A stretch of 64,000 nucleotides of DNA from Candidatus Lernaella stagnicola (GCA_030765525.1 JAVCCK010000020.1:177286-241285), one strand, 5' to 3'; counted from the stretch's first letter, positions 20,601 through 30,099 are shown. Numbers and translations are program-made. Notes: generated from the letters alone by a model not told the origin.

Positions 20601-21068
20601 CTTGTCGGGCTGCCGGCCGTTTTCATCAACGAAGTGCTCGCCGAGAATGCAACGACGATTGCCGACGAGGCGGGCGAATTCGACGATTGGTTCGAGCTTT
20701 TTTACGCCGGCGAGGAAACCGTGTTGCTCGAAGGATTCAGCTTGACCGACGACGCCGGCGAACCCGATCAATGGCTTGCTTCCGGATCGATGTTCATGTA
20801 TCCGGGCGAGACAACGCTTTTTTGGGCGGACAATGACGAAGACCAGGGCGAAACCCACACGAATTTCAAGCTTAGCAAGAACGGCGAATACCTGGGCCTT
20901 TACTTCGAATACGGCGACGAGTTTTTTGTCGTGGACGAAATCGAGTGGGGCCGGCAAGCGACCGACGTAAGCTTGGGCCGCAACGGCGACGGCGCCGACG
21001 AGTGGGTGTATTTCGAATCGCCCACGCCCGGCGCGCCGAATATTCCCATCGAGCGCCGGAACCATTGA
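17664..21068 (+). CDS. CotH-kinase-family protein with lamin-tail domains; lipoprotein with poly-Asp/Asn linker
   Basis: Signal peptide plus lipobox (IQINCGG) from ATG 17664 (GGGGAGG RBS); ~45-residue D/N tract; CotH-like core (NLFMNDRYMGVYGDLEVYD); lamin-tail-domain segments (FINEVLAENATTIADEAGEFDDWFELF). Confidence 0.6.
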   Translation: MCKLRFALVVLCILSLFAIQINCGGYDKNAATLDSPTGDDDTPLADDDDDDDDNNDDDNDDDDDNDDDNDDDDNDDDDDDDDKVLINAGGEGYHYDQRDYFPDRQFDPQAGYGHIMASAVYFEDDDIGFDSGPILDNQCYYAANPSTLFDGDDPFDFGDTEFTRTALTPVEVTAPLLYRVRVEESGSYLLRLYLMEVFAHEAGQVVFDIRINETTVLANVDLYAQAQRLHVFVLTFATDVIGLDIDVRIEPKPTNLFPVHVAAIEVTPTPEGLGEGPEAPEELVARAGYDQVGLQWLRDEYPLLAGYRIYRDGSPLNAIVQPQPYTVDPWFVDESPVAGVAYSYQVAAVDVWGIESDLSTAVVVTPLAETASTLPVHHVTISPENLSTLNAHPFEEIWVDAAYDRAGLNFEEAGIRFRGSKNRYFAKNAYRIRPKNDDRRFVLNTSPVDSTYVRNRILYDLFNEYTDIPAAGYDFVNLFMNDRYMGVYGDLEVYDHYWLTAAGWNPNGCLFKAVDLWSEDPLEAWELKNGPTSCWSELVDFTTSVEQAPPEQAAEVFARWVDVDAFIDWYAIMVLSGNEDFWAVNHYVYLDPEHGRWRYIPYDLDTTLQGFRPDYQIGAHWDKGEPYINPTIALFHEVDHFRYAYARRMMELRAESFSPAGPLAQWATEWRADLEDETSRDFQWATAVCHDLFDAGFDAIAQHLQMLAGPGIADEIAQFMPSLDVVEFHEMQTNNGSTYADEYGEFDAWVEIHNEGRATMHLLDLSLTDDPDMPRKWVLPELRLAPDEVFVIWLDGQSEQGEGHATFSVENSEGTLYLYDCPFNGGGLIDSLRHAAMPADFSWSWNVVAGQWELTDAPTPGVANDVTTNHDPKIIWVDKTPRFPGAGDTIYILAEVFEEDGDPLAVAVEYETNKVSRTTVDMADDGEHMDGAPGDGVFGGQLPTTPAHHDIVRYYVTAADGRGGVATRPAAAPAVRLKFLVGLPAVFINEVLAENATTIADEAGEFDDWFELFYAGEETVLLEGFSLTDDAGEPDQWLASGSMFMYPGETTLFWADNDEDQGETHTNFKLSKNGEYLGLYFEYGDEFFVVDEIEWGRQATDVSLGRNGDGADEWVYFESPTPGAPNIPIERRNH
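17800..17910 (+). repeat. Imperfect GAY/AAY trinucleotide tract encoding poly-Asp/Asn
   Basis: Runs of gacgat/gacaac codons visible directly in the DNA. Confidence 0.8.
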
Positions 21069-21217
21069 CGAAAGAGGGTGTCGCAAGATAAAGGGTTGCG
21101 ATACCGACCCCGGCGGCGAGCGCAAGCGATCAAGCCGACCATATACGCAATACGAATCATCCATTCATCGAAGAAACCACCAGGGCACCCGTGTGCTCGC
21201 ATCCAAGGGGGACTTCG

Positions 21218-21496
21218 ATGGGTCGGTTGATCGACATGCAGGAGCAGCGGTTGCGGTTGCGCGACCAAGAGAAGCGCGGCGAAGGCTACATCTTGCGGCG
21301 GCGCAACACGAAGCGTACCCAAAGGCGAAAGTTGGCGCGGGAAGCAGCGCAAAGGATGGCGGATCGATTATCGCGGCATCCGGCGCTTTCGCAGCTCGGT
21401 CATCTCCCGGCCGCCGCGTCGAAGTGGGAACCGCCCCGGCTGATTCACCATGCGGTCCGCTTCGAGGTGATCGACGGCGGGCGCCGGTCTTGGTGA
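21218..21496 (+). CDS. Possible small Arg-rich hypothetical protein
   Basis: 92-aa ORF with AAGGGGGA RBS 5 nt upstream of ATG 21218; highly basic (RRRNTKRTQRRKLAR); no homology recognised; could be spurious. Confidence 0.25.
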   Translation: MGRLIDMQEQRLRLRDQEKRGEGYILRRRNTKRTQRRKLAREAAQRMADRLSRHPALSQLGHLPAAASKWEPPRLIHHAVRFEVIDGGRRSW

Positions 21497-21498
21497 TG

Positions 21499-22890
21499 TC
21501 AGGCTAGTTCGGCGAGCGCCTTTTCCAGGCGGGCGATGGCTTCGTCCTTGCCGATCAGGTACAGCGTGGCGTCCAGCGGCGGGCTGGCCGAGGAGCCGGT
21601 TAGGGCAATGCGCAAGGGTTGCGCCGCCTTACCGAGGCCCACTTCCAACTCGGCGGCGAGCGATTGGGCGAAAGGCATCACGTCTTCCTGCCGCAATTCG
21701 TCCAGGGAGCGGAGCCATTCGAGATAGCGCCGGACGATGTCCGGCGAGCCTTCCTTCCACCACTTCTTCAGCGCCTTGGGTGCGTACTCCGTGGGGGCGA
21801 CAAAGAAGATGGCGGCTTGCTCGGCCATATCGAGGAGCGTTTTCGAGCGCTCCTGCAGTTGGGCGATGATCGCGGGCAGGCGCGGGTCTCCCTCGGCGGG
21901 GAAGTTGCGCGTTTTCAAGAAGGGCAGCAGGTCGTCCACGAGGTCTTCGGGCCGCCGCTCCTTGATTTTCATGGAGTTGATCCAGTCGAGCTTGTCATTA
22001 TCGAAGATGCTGTTGCTTTTGCCGACGCCCGACAGATCGAAGGCGGCGATCAGTTCCTCGTCGGTGAACAGTTCCTGGTCGCCGTGCGCCCAGCCGAGGC
22101 GGGCCAGGAAGTTGCGCATGGCTTCGGGCAGGTAGCCCATCTCAAGATACTCGAGCAGGCTTACCGCGCCGTCGCGCTTGGACAGCTTGGAGCGATCCTT
22201 GCCGAGCGTCAGTGGCATGTGGCCGAAGTCGGGCGGCGTGAGGTCGAGCGCGCGGTAGAGCGGGATCTGCTTGTGGGTGTTGACGAGGTGATCCGCGCCG
22301 CGCACCACGAGGGTGACGCCCATATCCGAGTCATCGACAACGACACAGAAATTGTACGTGGGCGTGCCGTCGGTGCGGGCGATGATCCAGTCGTCGAGTT
22401 CGACATACCCCGATTCCACGTCGCCCATGATTTGGTCGTGGAACGCGGAAACTCCTTCCGTCGGCATTTTCAGGCGAACGACGTGGGGTTGCTCGGGGCC
22501 GTAGTTTTTCTCGCGGCCCGCGCCGTCGTAGAGGTACGTGCGCTTTTCGGCGACGGCGGCGGCCCGTTTGGCGTCGAGCTCTTCGGGCGTGCAGCGACAC
22601 CGGTAGGCTTTGCCTTCATCGAGCATGCGGTCGATGGCGGCCTGATAGATTTCGGAACGTTCGCTCTGGAAAAAGGGGCCTTCGTCAAAGTCGAGGCCGA
22701 GATACTTCATGCCCTCAAGGATGACTTGAACGTTTTCCTTGGTGGAGCGTTCGCGGTCGGTGTCTTCGACGCGCAGGATGAATTTACCGTTGCTGTGTCG
22801 GGCCAGCAGCCAATTGTACAGGGCCGTGCGGGCGTTGCCGATGTGCAGCATGCCGGTGGGGCTGGGAGCAAAACGCGTCACGACGGTCAT
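21499..22890 (-). CDS. gltX: Glutamate--tRNA ligase
   Basis: RFAPSPTGMLHIGNARTAL (HIGH-type) and KLSKR (KMSKS-type) motifs; start at ATG 22890 with AGGAGG RBS. Confidence 0.9.
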   Translation of the reverse strand: MTVVTRFAPSPTGMLHIGNARTALYNWLLARHSNGKFILRVEDTDRERSTKENVQVILEGMKYLGLDFDEGPFFQSERSEIYQAAIDRMLDEGKAYRCRCTPEELDAKRAAAVAEKRTYLYDGAGREKNYGPEQPHVVRLKMPTEGVSAFHDQIMGDVESGYVELDDWIIARTDGTPTYNFCVVVDDSDMGVTLVVRGADHLVNTHKQIPLYRALDLTPPDFGHMPLTLGKDRSKLSKRDGAVSLLEYLEMGYLPEAMRNFLARLGWAHGDQELFTDEELIAAFDLSGVGKSNSIFDNDKLDWINSMKIKERRPEDLVDDLLPFLKTRNFPAEGDPRLPAIIAQLQERSKTLLDMAEQAAIFFVAPTEYAPKALKKWWKEGSPDIVRRYLEWLRSLDELRQEDVMPFAQSLAAELEVGLGKAAQPLRIALTGSSASPPLDATLYLIGKDEAIARLEKALAELA

Positions 22891-23702
22891 GCCGATCCTC
22901 CTTGGAAAGCGAACAAGACAAAACGGATACCCACAATGAACAACGCGACGGCAAACAGTGCCTTGAGCCATCGCGGGTCGATAGTATGGGCGATCCAGAC
23001 GCCCAAACGGGCGGTGAGAATACTAAGGGGCGCAACGAATATCAAGGCGAGCCAATGCACGTAGCCCAGGGAGTGGGGCACGTCGGCGGTGACTTGATAT
23101 CCGGTGGCGACATACGTGCCGGCTCCGAATGTGGCGATAATGACAATCATCAGGCTGGAGGTCGCCACGGCGTGGCGCGGATTCAGCCGGCCCAACCAGA
23201 TGAACAGCGGCACGGCGATGATGCCGCCGCCGATACCGAAAAATCCCGAGGCAACGCCGGCACCGAAACCAATGGCCAGTGCGAGGCTCTTGCCCATGTG
23301 CTCGCCGTCGCCCTCGGGCGTTTTCTCGACGAAGAGTTTAATCGCCGCGACAAGCATGAGAACACCGAAGGCGGGACGAAGTATCTCCGCGCTCAATAGT
23401 GATGCCGCGCAGCCGCCCAACACGACACCAGCGATGCCGGCAACGCCCGCCCGCCAAGCAACCGGGAAGATAATCATCCGACGCTTGTGGTGTCCGAACA
23501 CGGCGCTGGACGAGGTCACGACGACGATCGCCAAACTGGTACCCAAGGCCATGTGAAAGGTGACGCTTGGATCGATGCCTTGCCGAAGGAATATCCAATC
23601 GAGCGCCGGCACGTTGATAATGCCGCCGCCCACGCCAAGCAAACCGGCGGCAAAGCCGGCGAAGATGCCGACGAGTAGGAATAGCAGAACGGATAGCATC
23701 AA
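22887..23702 (-). CDS. TauE/SafE-family sulfite/anion exporter
   Basis: Two-fold repeated 4-TM units with GxGGG motifs (GLLGVGGGII, GFFGIGGGII); 4-nt overlap with gltX. Confidence 0.75.
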   Translation of the reverse strand: MMLSVLLFLLVGIFAGFAAGLLGVGGGIINVPALDWIFLRQGIDPSVTFHMALGTSLAIVVVTSSSAVFGHHKRRMIIFPVAWRAGVAGIAGVVLGGCAASLLSAEILRPAFGVLMLVAAIKLFVEKTPEGDGEHMGKSLALAIGFGAGVASGFFGIGGGIIAVPLFIWLGRLNPRHAVATSSLMIVIIATFGAGTYVATGYQVTADVPHSLGYVHWLALIFVAPLSILTARLGVWIAHTIDPRWLKALFAVALFIVGIRFVLFAFQGGSA

Positions 23703-23705
23703 CGA

Positions 23706-24719
23706 TCAGGCGTGAAAGTCGAAAACTTCGACCGACAAATCCGACACGGCCAGGTCCCACTTATCCCGGTTGCCGAACAGGTCACCGCCCAACTGAATCG
23801 GTAGCGGGCGGTCGACTTCGATCGAAACACGCTTGAGCAAGTAGTCCTTGAAATTCGGCGAGTCGAAACGGCCTTGGAAGATGGACCGGGCGTGGGCCAG
23901 AACCTCCCACACACTGGAACTGACCACGCGGAAATTCATGAAGCCCTCTTTCATGCGCGCGAAAGGATAGGCGACCATGTTGTAACCGTAGTAGGGCGTC
24001 GTGCCCGCGCCGAATACGTTGGCCGGCCCCTCGTAAAGCGTATCGCCGATCTTGAGGTCGAGCCGCCGCGGCGGGCGAAAGTGGGCCATCTCGTACACTT
24101 CATCCGATTGGTTGATGACCCGGATTTGCGGCGCCGGCGTCACCAACTGCTGCGGGACCGTGCGCAAGGCAATCGCGGCGATGTAACCCGCGAAGCCGTG
24201 CAAGAAGCGCGCGAAAGGCGTGCCGTCAAATTTCTCTTTGAGGTAATAATAGTCGGCGAGAATATTCGCGTCCCAGCCCATGCCGGCAAAATGACTGCAC
24301 CGGTTTTCGGTTTCCAGCAGATTGAAACGGCTGATGCGCCAGTTCTCCGGACGCGCCATACGCGGCAGGGTCCGCTTACCGGCATCCATGCCCAGAAAAC
24401 GCGACCATGCGTTGCCGGTGCCGAGCTTCAGGAAACCGAGCATCGGCATTTGGCTGTCGGGCCGGCCCATGGCACGCAAGGCGTTGCGCAACTGGTTGAT
24501 CATTTCGACGACCGTTCCGTCGCCGCCGCCGAGCACAACATGGGTGTAGTGTTTATTCAGGATGTCTTGAATGAACGCTTGCCCTTCATCAATCGTTTTG
24601 CTGATGTAAAGTTGCGACTCGGGAACGAATTTTTTAACGCGCGTCACGATGCGTTCGGTCACGCGCTTGGCATTGGCATTGAGCACGACGGCGATTTCGC
24701 TGTCCCATGGTGTTTTCAT
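23706..24719 (-). CDS. Diacylglycerol-kinase-family lipid kinase (YegS/BmrU-like)
   Basis: GGDGT nucleotide-binding motif (VVLGGGDGTVVE) typical of the DAGK catalytic domain. Confidence 0.7.
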   Translation of the reverse strand: MKTPWDSEIAVVLNANAKRVTERIVTRVKKFVPESQLYISKTIDEGQAFIQDILNKHYTHVVLGGGDGTVVEMINQLRNALRAMGRPDSQMPMLGFLKLGTGNAWSRFLGMDAGKRTLPRMARPENWRISRFNLLETENRCSHFAGMGWDANILADYYYLKEKFDGTPFARFLHGFAGYIAAIALRTVPQQLVTPAPQIRVINQSDEVYEMAHFRPPRRLDLKIGDTLYEGPANVFGAGTTPYYGYNMVAYPFARMKEGFMNFRVVSSSVWEVLAHARSIFQGRFDSPNFKDYLLKRVSIEVDRPLPIQLGGDLFGNRDKWDLAVSDLSVEVFDFHA

Positions 24720-24819
24720 AGCCGGTATCCCTTTTCAAAAGGACCTAGAACATAAGAGTTTTTGGTTGCGCGGTCAAACCATGACCAATTTGGTTTTGGC
24801 GACCGAATTTGGGCGGCAG

Positions 24820-26022
24820 TCAGTTCTCGCGCAGAGTTTCGGCAACCCGTTGCGCCGCCCACTCGGCGCCGGCGGCCGTGAAATGCACGCTGTCGGCGAA
24901 TAGTTCACCGACCGGCTCCCCGGCCAGAAAGCGCTCGCGCAGCGCGGCGTCCAGATCGACCAACGGTATGATTTCGGCGGCGTGGCGGATCGCCTCGTTA
25001 GTAAGCGTTGTGGCGCGCAACGGAGCCGAATCAGCATCGCGGGCGCGAACAAACAATTCGTACGCTGCGGCGCGTCGACCGTTCGTGAACGAACGCACAG
25101 CCTCACGATAATCGGCGAGTGGCGGAGAGAGCGCGGCGGCGTCAAGAACGGGCAGCAAATCGGCCAGATGCGCTTCACGGTGTACTGCGGGGTTCGAGTC
25201 ACCGACCGGCGAACCGGCGGGGGGCGTAAACGGGTTGCTGATGACCGTGCAGAACACAACGCGGGCTCCCTCGCTTTCGAATGTGTGGCGGATGTTGCGT
25301 AGGTTGCGCTCAAACCGTTTGGCGACGGCGCGATTTTCAGTCTCGGTGGCGGGAGGGCCGCCGGGAGCGAAGGCGACACGATCCGGCCTGCCGCGAAGCC
25401 GCAAGATCCCTGAGCGCATCAACAAATACAAGCGGCTGTGGGAAAGCAGCGCACGGCCCTGCGTCAAGCGCGGATGGTCGGCGAAAGAGCCGTATAAACG
25501 CGCTCCGGTCCATTCGTTGTGGCCGGAATAGATGACGACAACGTCGGGCTTGGCGGCGCGAAGTTCGTCGGCGACCCACCGCAACTGCGTGGACGTGAAC
25601 CCGTTCGCGCCGAAGTTTAAAACACGCCGGCGCGTGGATGAGGCGGCGGCCAAGAGTTTCTCCAATTGCCGCGGGAAGCTTTGCGAAGCCTCGGCGCCGA
25701 CGCCGCGCACGGTGGACCCGCCCAGGCAGAGAACGCGGCGTTCATCGACGTCTTTTTCGATCGGGACGCTTTCGTCCGCGAAACGCTCCTGCATGAGCGG
25801 GTTGATGCGCCAACGGTCGGGGCGGCCGGCGTCGGGCGTAAGCAAGGGGATATCGCGGGCGTGGCTGTGCACGAGAATCAAATACTGTGACGGCGGCGTC
25901 AGGGGTACGAAGCGCGCGACCCCTTCGAGGGCGACAAGCAAAGCGAGCGTGACACCCAGGGCGAGGGCGGCGCGAAGCGGTGTCGATAGGGGCGAACGAA
26001 GCATGGTGGTCATCGTACTCAA
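24820..26022 (-). CDS. SGNH/GDSL-type hydrolase, signal-anchored
   Basis: N-terminal signal/TM; RVLCLGGSTVRG (GDS-like block I), VVVIYSGHNEW; approximate. Confidence 0.5.
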   Translation of the reverse strand: MSTMTTMLRSPLSTPLRAALALGVTLALLVALEGVARFVPLTPPSQYLILVHSHARDIPLLTPDAGRPDRWRINPLMQERFADESVPIEKDVDERRVLCLGGSTVRGVGAEASQSFPRQLEKLLAAASSTRRRVLNFGANGFTSTQLRWVADELRAAKPDVVVIYSGHNEWTGARLYGSFADHPRLTQGRALLSHSRLYLLMRSGILRLRGRPDRVAFAPGGPPATETENRAVAKRFERNLRNIRHTFESEGARVVFCTVISNPFTPPAGSPVGDSNPAVHREAHLADLLPVLDAAALSPPLADYREAVRSFTNGRRAAAYELFVRARDADSAPLRATTLTNEAIRHAAEIIPLVDLDAALRERFLAGEPVGELFADSVHFTAAGAEWAAQRVAETLREN

Positions 26023-26101
26023 ATATCGCCGGGTGGGCTAGTCGAAACGCCCTTGACAGGGGCGGCATTGTGCCTGACTTTACACGCCCAAACCCTAACG
26101 C

Positions 26102-26788
26102 ATGAGGCCGGGCATGGCGATTCTCGAGAAAGCGATTCAGGAAAAAGCGGAGTTTTTGTCGGAGTGGGAAGCCAAACAGTTGCTTTCCGAATACGGCATT
26201 CCGGTTACCGCCGATCGCCTCGTGAAGACGGCCGACGAAGCCGCAGCAGCGGCGGAAGAGATCGGTTTTCCCGTCGTGCTGAAGGGGTGCGGCCGGTCGC
26301 TGCTGCACAAAACCGAGCTGGATGCCGTCAAATTGAATCTGAAGAATGCCGACCAAGTGCGTGAAGCGGCCGAAGATGTGCTGTCCCGCCTGCCCGAGGA
26401 TGCCGACGGCTTGCTCGTGGGGCCGATGGTGGACGCCCGGCGGGAGTTCCTCGCGGGCGTGACGCAGGACCAGCAGTTCGGGCCGGTGGTCGCTTTCGGC
26501 TTGGGCGGAATTTTCACCGAGACCATCAAAGACGTCGCCTTCCGCGTGGCCCCGTTTGAACCGGCGGAGGGATTGGCGTTGATAAGTGACGTGGCCGCGT
26601 CGCGGTTGATGAACGCCGTGCGCGGACTGCCGGCGATCGACCGAAACCTATTCGCTACCCTGCTTTCGAACCTCTCGAAACTCGCGGCGCAAAACAGCGC
26701 CATCGATGAAATCGACTGCAATCCGGTATTGGCCGACGGCGAAAAGCCGGTGGTTGTCGATGCGTTGGTGAAATTGAAATACGAGTAA
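26102..26788 (+). CDS. ATP-grasp domain protein (acetate--CoA ligase, ADP-forming, beta-domain-like)
   Basis: EAKQLLSEYGIPV...GFPVVLKG...VDALVKL pattern of the ATP-grasp CoA-ligase domain; only 228 aa so a stand-alone domain. Confidence 0.5.
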   Translation: MRPGMAILEKAIQEKAEFLSEWEAKQLLSEYGIPVTADRLVKTADEAAAAAEEIGFPVVLKGCGRSLLHKTELDAVKLNLKNADQVREAAEDVLSRLPEDADGLLVGPMVDARREFLAGVTQDQQFGPVVAFGLGGIFTETIKDVAFRVAPFEPAEGLALISDVAASRLMNAVRGLPAIDRNLFATLLSNLSKLAAQNSAIDEIDCNPVLADGEKPVVVDALVKLKYE

Positions 26789-26873
26789 GACGTTCGCGGC
26801 TCGCTTCTCAAGCGACCTGGCCACGGTAGTCGATCCGCTTACCCATTCCAGCCGAAATTTCGCCTTGCCGCGT

Positions 26874-28370
26874 TCAGGCTCGGCGTGCGTCTGGGTCCAT
26901 ATCGGCGGTAAGGCGCGGGTGGCGGGCGGCGGTGACTTCGTCCACCTTTTTGCACGTCGTGTTGTGCGGCGCGCTCTTAACGAGTTCCGGATGGCTTCCG
27001 GCTTCGGCGTGGATGTTCCGCATCGCCGTGATGAAACCGTCGAGCGATTCAGGCTCGAAGCTTTCGGTCGGCTCCACCATGATCGCGCCCTTGACCACCA
27101 GCGGGAAATAGACCGTCGGCGGATGAAAGCCGTAGTCGATCAAACGCTTGGCGACGTCCATCGTCGATACGTCGTTCGGCAGGCCCTTTTCGGCGAATAC
27201 GACTTCGTGCATGCACGGCGCCTCGTAGGCCACCGTGTACAAATCCTGCAGCCGCGCCCGTATGTAGTTGGCATTGAGCACCGCCATTTCGCTGGACGCC
27301 TTGAGCCCCGGCGCGCCGAGTTCGCGGATATAGGCATAGGCCCGCACGAGCACACCAACATTGCCCCACCAGGAACGAACACGCCCGATTGTCTGCGGGC
27401 GATCGTGATCCAGAGCGAAACCGCCATCGCGCTTAACGATGACCGGCGCAGGCAAAAACGGCGCCATATGCTTTTTAACCCCCACCGGCCCGGCGCCCGG
27501 ACCGCCGCCGCCGTGAGGTGTGCTGAAGGTTTTGTGCAAGTTGAAATGTAGCACGTCGATGCCGAAATCGCCCGGCCGCGTGATGCCCATGATGGCGTTC
27601 AGGTTTGCGCCGTCCATGTACACCAGGCCGCCTTGGTCGTGGACGATCTGGGCGATTTGCGCGATGTTCGATTCGAACAGTCCCAGCGTGTTGGGGTTGG
27701 TAATCATGATCGCCGCGACTTGGTCGTCCATGATTTCGGCGACCGCTTCGGGCGTCAGGATACCGGCCGCGCCCGATTTCAGTGGCACGACGTCGTAATT
27801 GCATATCGTGGCCGACGCCGGATTCGTCCCGTGCGCCGTGTCCGGAATGATGACCTTGGTTCGTTTTTGCCCCCGGGCTTCATGGTAGGCGCGGATGAGC
27901 ATCATGCCCGTCAATTCACCATGCGCGCCCGCTGCCGGCTGGCACGTGACCGCGTCCATGCCGGAAATCTCCGCCAGATGCTGTTCGAGGTTGAAGATCA
28001 ACTCCCAAAGGCCTTGGTGCTCGGCGGCCGGATGCGCGTCGGCGAAACCGGGCAGGCGGGCGAGGTCTTCGTTGATTTTCGGGTTGTACTTCATCGTGCA
28101 CGAGCCCAGCGGGTAGAGACCGCTGTCCAGACCGTAGTTGTACTGCGAGAGGCGCACGAAGTGACGAAACACTTCCACTTCGCTGACCTCCGGCCACGCG
28201 GCGGGCGTCAGGCGTTGCAGGTTCTCGGGTAGGGTCGCCGCTTCGGGTACATCGAGCGACGGCAGACTAAAGCCCTGACGGCCGGGCGTCGAGCGTTCGA
28301 AGAGCGTCGGCTCACACAGGGCCAGGCCCGTGCTGCCGGGCGTATCACAAGGACCGTACGATTTCGACAT
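26874..28370 (-). CDS. gcvPB: Glycine dehydrogenase (decarboxylating) subunit 2
   Basis: C-terminal half of P-protein, PLP fold. Start set at ATG 28370 (MSKSYGP...), which overlaps the gcvPA 3' end by 26 nt; no in-frame ATG/GTG/TTG lies closer to the conserved EPTLFERS N-terminus. Confidence 0.85.
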   Translation of the reverse strand: MSKSYGPCDTPGSTGLALCEPTLFERSTPGRQGFSLPSLDVPEAATLPENLQRLTPAAWPEVSEVEVFRHFVRLSQYNYGLDSGLYPLGSCTMKYNPKINEDLARLPGFADAHPAAEHQGLWELIFNLEQHLAEISGMDAVTCQPAAGAHGELTGMMLIRAYHEARGQKRTKVIIPDTAHGTNPASATICNYDVVPLKSGAAGILTPEAVAEIMDDQVAAIMITNPNTLGLFESNIAQIAQIVHDQGGLVYMDGANLNAIMGITRPGDFGIDVLHFNLHKTFSTPHGGGGPGAGPVGVKKHMAPFLPAPVIVKRDGGFALDHDRPQTIGRVRSWWGNVGVLVRAYAYIRELGAPGLKASSEMAVLNANYIRARLQDLYTVAYEAPCMHEVVFAEKGLPNDVSTMDVAKRLIDYGFHPPTVYFPLVVKGAIMVEPTESFEPESLDGFITAMRNIHAEAGSHPELVKSAPHNTTCKKVDEVTAARHPRLTADMDPDARRA

Positions 28371-29676
28371 AGCGGTCGATCTCCTCGCGGCTGTTGGCTT
28401 CGGTGACGCAGGTGAGGATGCCGTTTTCCAGCCCGGCGGCGAACCCGTCCAGGCCGATGCCGCCCAGAACGCCCGCTTCGCCCAGCGCGGCCAACACTTG
28501 ACCCGCGGGTTGTTTGGGCACCCAGACGAACTCATTGAAGGTCGGCGCGCTCAAAGGCACGTCGCCGATTTGCGCCAATTGGGCTTTCAGATATTCGGCC
28601 TTCGCGTGGTTTTGGTTCGCCACTTCCAGCAAGCCGGCGCGGCCTGTCAACGACATGTACACGGTGGCCGCCAGGGCCATCAGGCCGTGATTTGTGCAGA
28701 TGTTGCTGGTGGCTTTTTCGCGGCGGATGTGCTGCTCGCGAGTCGAGAGCGTCAGGCAGAAAGCGCGCTTGCCCTCGGCATCGACGGTCTGCCCGCAAAC
28801 CCGGCCCGGCATAGCCCGCACGTCACTTTTGTTGACCGCGAACAAGCCCAGGCCCGGCCCGCCGTAGGACATGGGAATTCCCAGCGACTGCCCCTCGCCG
28901 CAGGCGATGTCAGCGCCGGTTTGCCCGGGCGGCGCGATCAGCCCGAAGGCCAAAGGCTCGGTGAACGCGTGCACGAACTTCGCCTTCTTGCGGCCGTCGA
29001 GCAGCTTTTTGAACGCGGCGGCGTCTTCGATCGCGCCCAGGTAATTCGGCGACTGCAGTACGAGGCAGGCCACATCGTCGTCGATCAATGCCCGGGCGGC
29101 TTCCAAGTCGGTCGTGCCCGACGCGGCCAGGGGTGCGGCCACCAATTCCAGCGACGTCCATTTCGTATAGGTGCGCAGCGTCTCTAAGTATTGCGGGTGC
29201 AGCCCCGCCGAGACGACGACCTTCGTCTTGCGGCTTTGGCGTCCGGCCATGAGCACGGCTTCGGCCACGCCGGTCGCGCCGTCGTACATGCTGGCGTTGG
29301 AGATTTCCATGCCCAGCAGGCGCGCGATCATCGTCTGAAACTCGAACACCGCCTGCAACGTGCCTTGGCTGATTTCCGGCTGGTACGGCGTGTAGGCCGT
29401 GTAGAATTCGCTGCGTAGCAGCAAGTGGTTTATCGCCGCGGGTATCAAATGCCGATACGCGCCGCCGCCCGCGAAGCAGGGGCCGTGCGGACCTTTGTTG
29501 TTCAAGCCGCCCAGGTGATTGATCAGGGCGTTTTCGGGCAGCGGATCGGGCAGGCATAGTTCCCGGTCTAGGCGCAATTCCGGCGGAATCGAGCGAAACA
29601 GATCGGCCACGCTTTCTACGCCGATCGCCTCCAACAAGCGCTCGATATCGCCCGCGGTATGAGGGATGTAACGCAT
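28345..29676 (-). CDS. gcvPA: Glycine dehydrogenase (decarboxylating) subunit 1
   Basis: MRYIPHT...FYTAYTPYQPEISQG...SNASMYDGATG, N-terminal half of P-protein. Confidence 0.88.
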   Translation of the reverse strand: MRYIPHTAGDIERLLEAIGVESVADLFRSIPPELRLDRELCLPDPLPENALINHLGGLNNKGPHGPCFAGGGAYRHLIPAAINHLLLRSEFYTAYTPYQPEISQGTLQAVFEFQTMIARLLGMEISNASMYDGATGVAEAVLMAGRQSRKTKVVVSAGLHPQYLETLRTYTKWTSLELVAAPLAASGTTDLEAARALIDDDVACLVLQSPNYLGAIEDAAAFKKLLDGRKKAKFVHAFTEPLAFGLIAPPGQTGADIACGEGQSLGIPMSYGGPGLGLFAVNKSDVRAMPGRVCGQTVDAEGKRAFCLTLSTREQHIRREKATSNICTNHGLMALAATVYMSLTGRAGLLEVANQNHAKAEYLKAQLAQIGDVPLSAPTFNEFVWVPKQPAGQVLAALGEAGVLGGIGLDGFAAGLENGILTCVTEANSREEIDRYVEIVRSL

Positions 29677-29706
29677 GGGATGGTCGTCTCCTGGTGAGAG
29701 TCGGAC

Positions 29707-30099
29707 TTACTTCTCTTCTTGTTCACCGCAGTATTTTTCGTAAGCGGCGGCATCCATCAGCGCATCTATTTCGCTCGGGTCGTCGAGCTTAATTTTGAGC
29801 AGCCAGCCCGCGCCGTAGGGCTCGGCATTAAGAATTTCCGGCATGTCGATTAAATCTTCATGGGACTCGACAACTTCCCCGCTCACCGGCGTGTAAATAT
29901 CGCTCGCGGCCTTGACTGATTCCACGACGCCGATCGTATCACCGGCGACGAATGGCTGACCAACTTCGGGCAATTCCAGGAAAACGATGTCACCTAAGGC
30001 ATGCTGGGCATAGTCGGTGACGCCCAGGGTCGCCACATCACCGGCCACTTTGACCCATTCGTGATCCGTGCTGTAACGCAGATCGCTGGGAATGTTCAT
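29707..30099 (-). CDS. gcvH: Glycine cleavage system H protein
   Basis: YSTDHEWV...ESVKAASDIYTPVSG (lipoyl-lysine motif); start at ATG 30099 with AAGGAG RBS. Confidence 0.9.
   Translation of the reverse strand: MNIPSDLRYSTDHEWVKVAGDVATLGVTDYAQHALGDIVFLELPEVGQPFVAGDTIGVVESVKAASDIYTPVSGEVVESHEDLIDMPEILNAEPYGAGWLLKIKLDDPSEIDALMDAAAYEKYCGEQEEK

Noticed and set aside
21081-21101. Hairpin (TCGCAA-N9-TTGCGA) after the CotH gene as a terminator
   Set aside because: No U-tract follows and the loop is long; too weak to call.
21619-23064. 481-aa plus-strand ORF
   Set aside because: Antisense to gltX and the TauE gene; no motifs; high-GC artefact.
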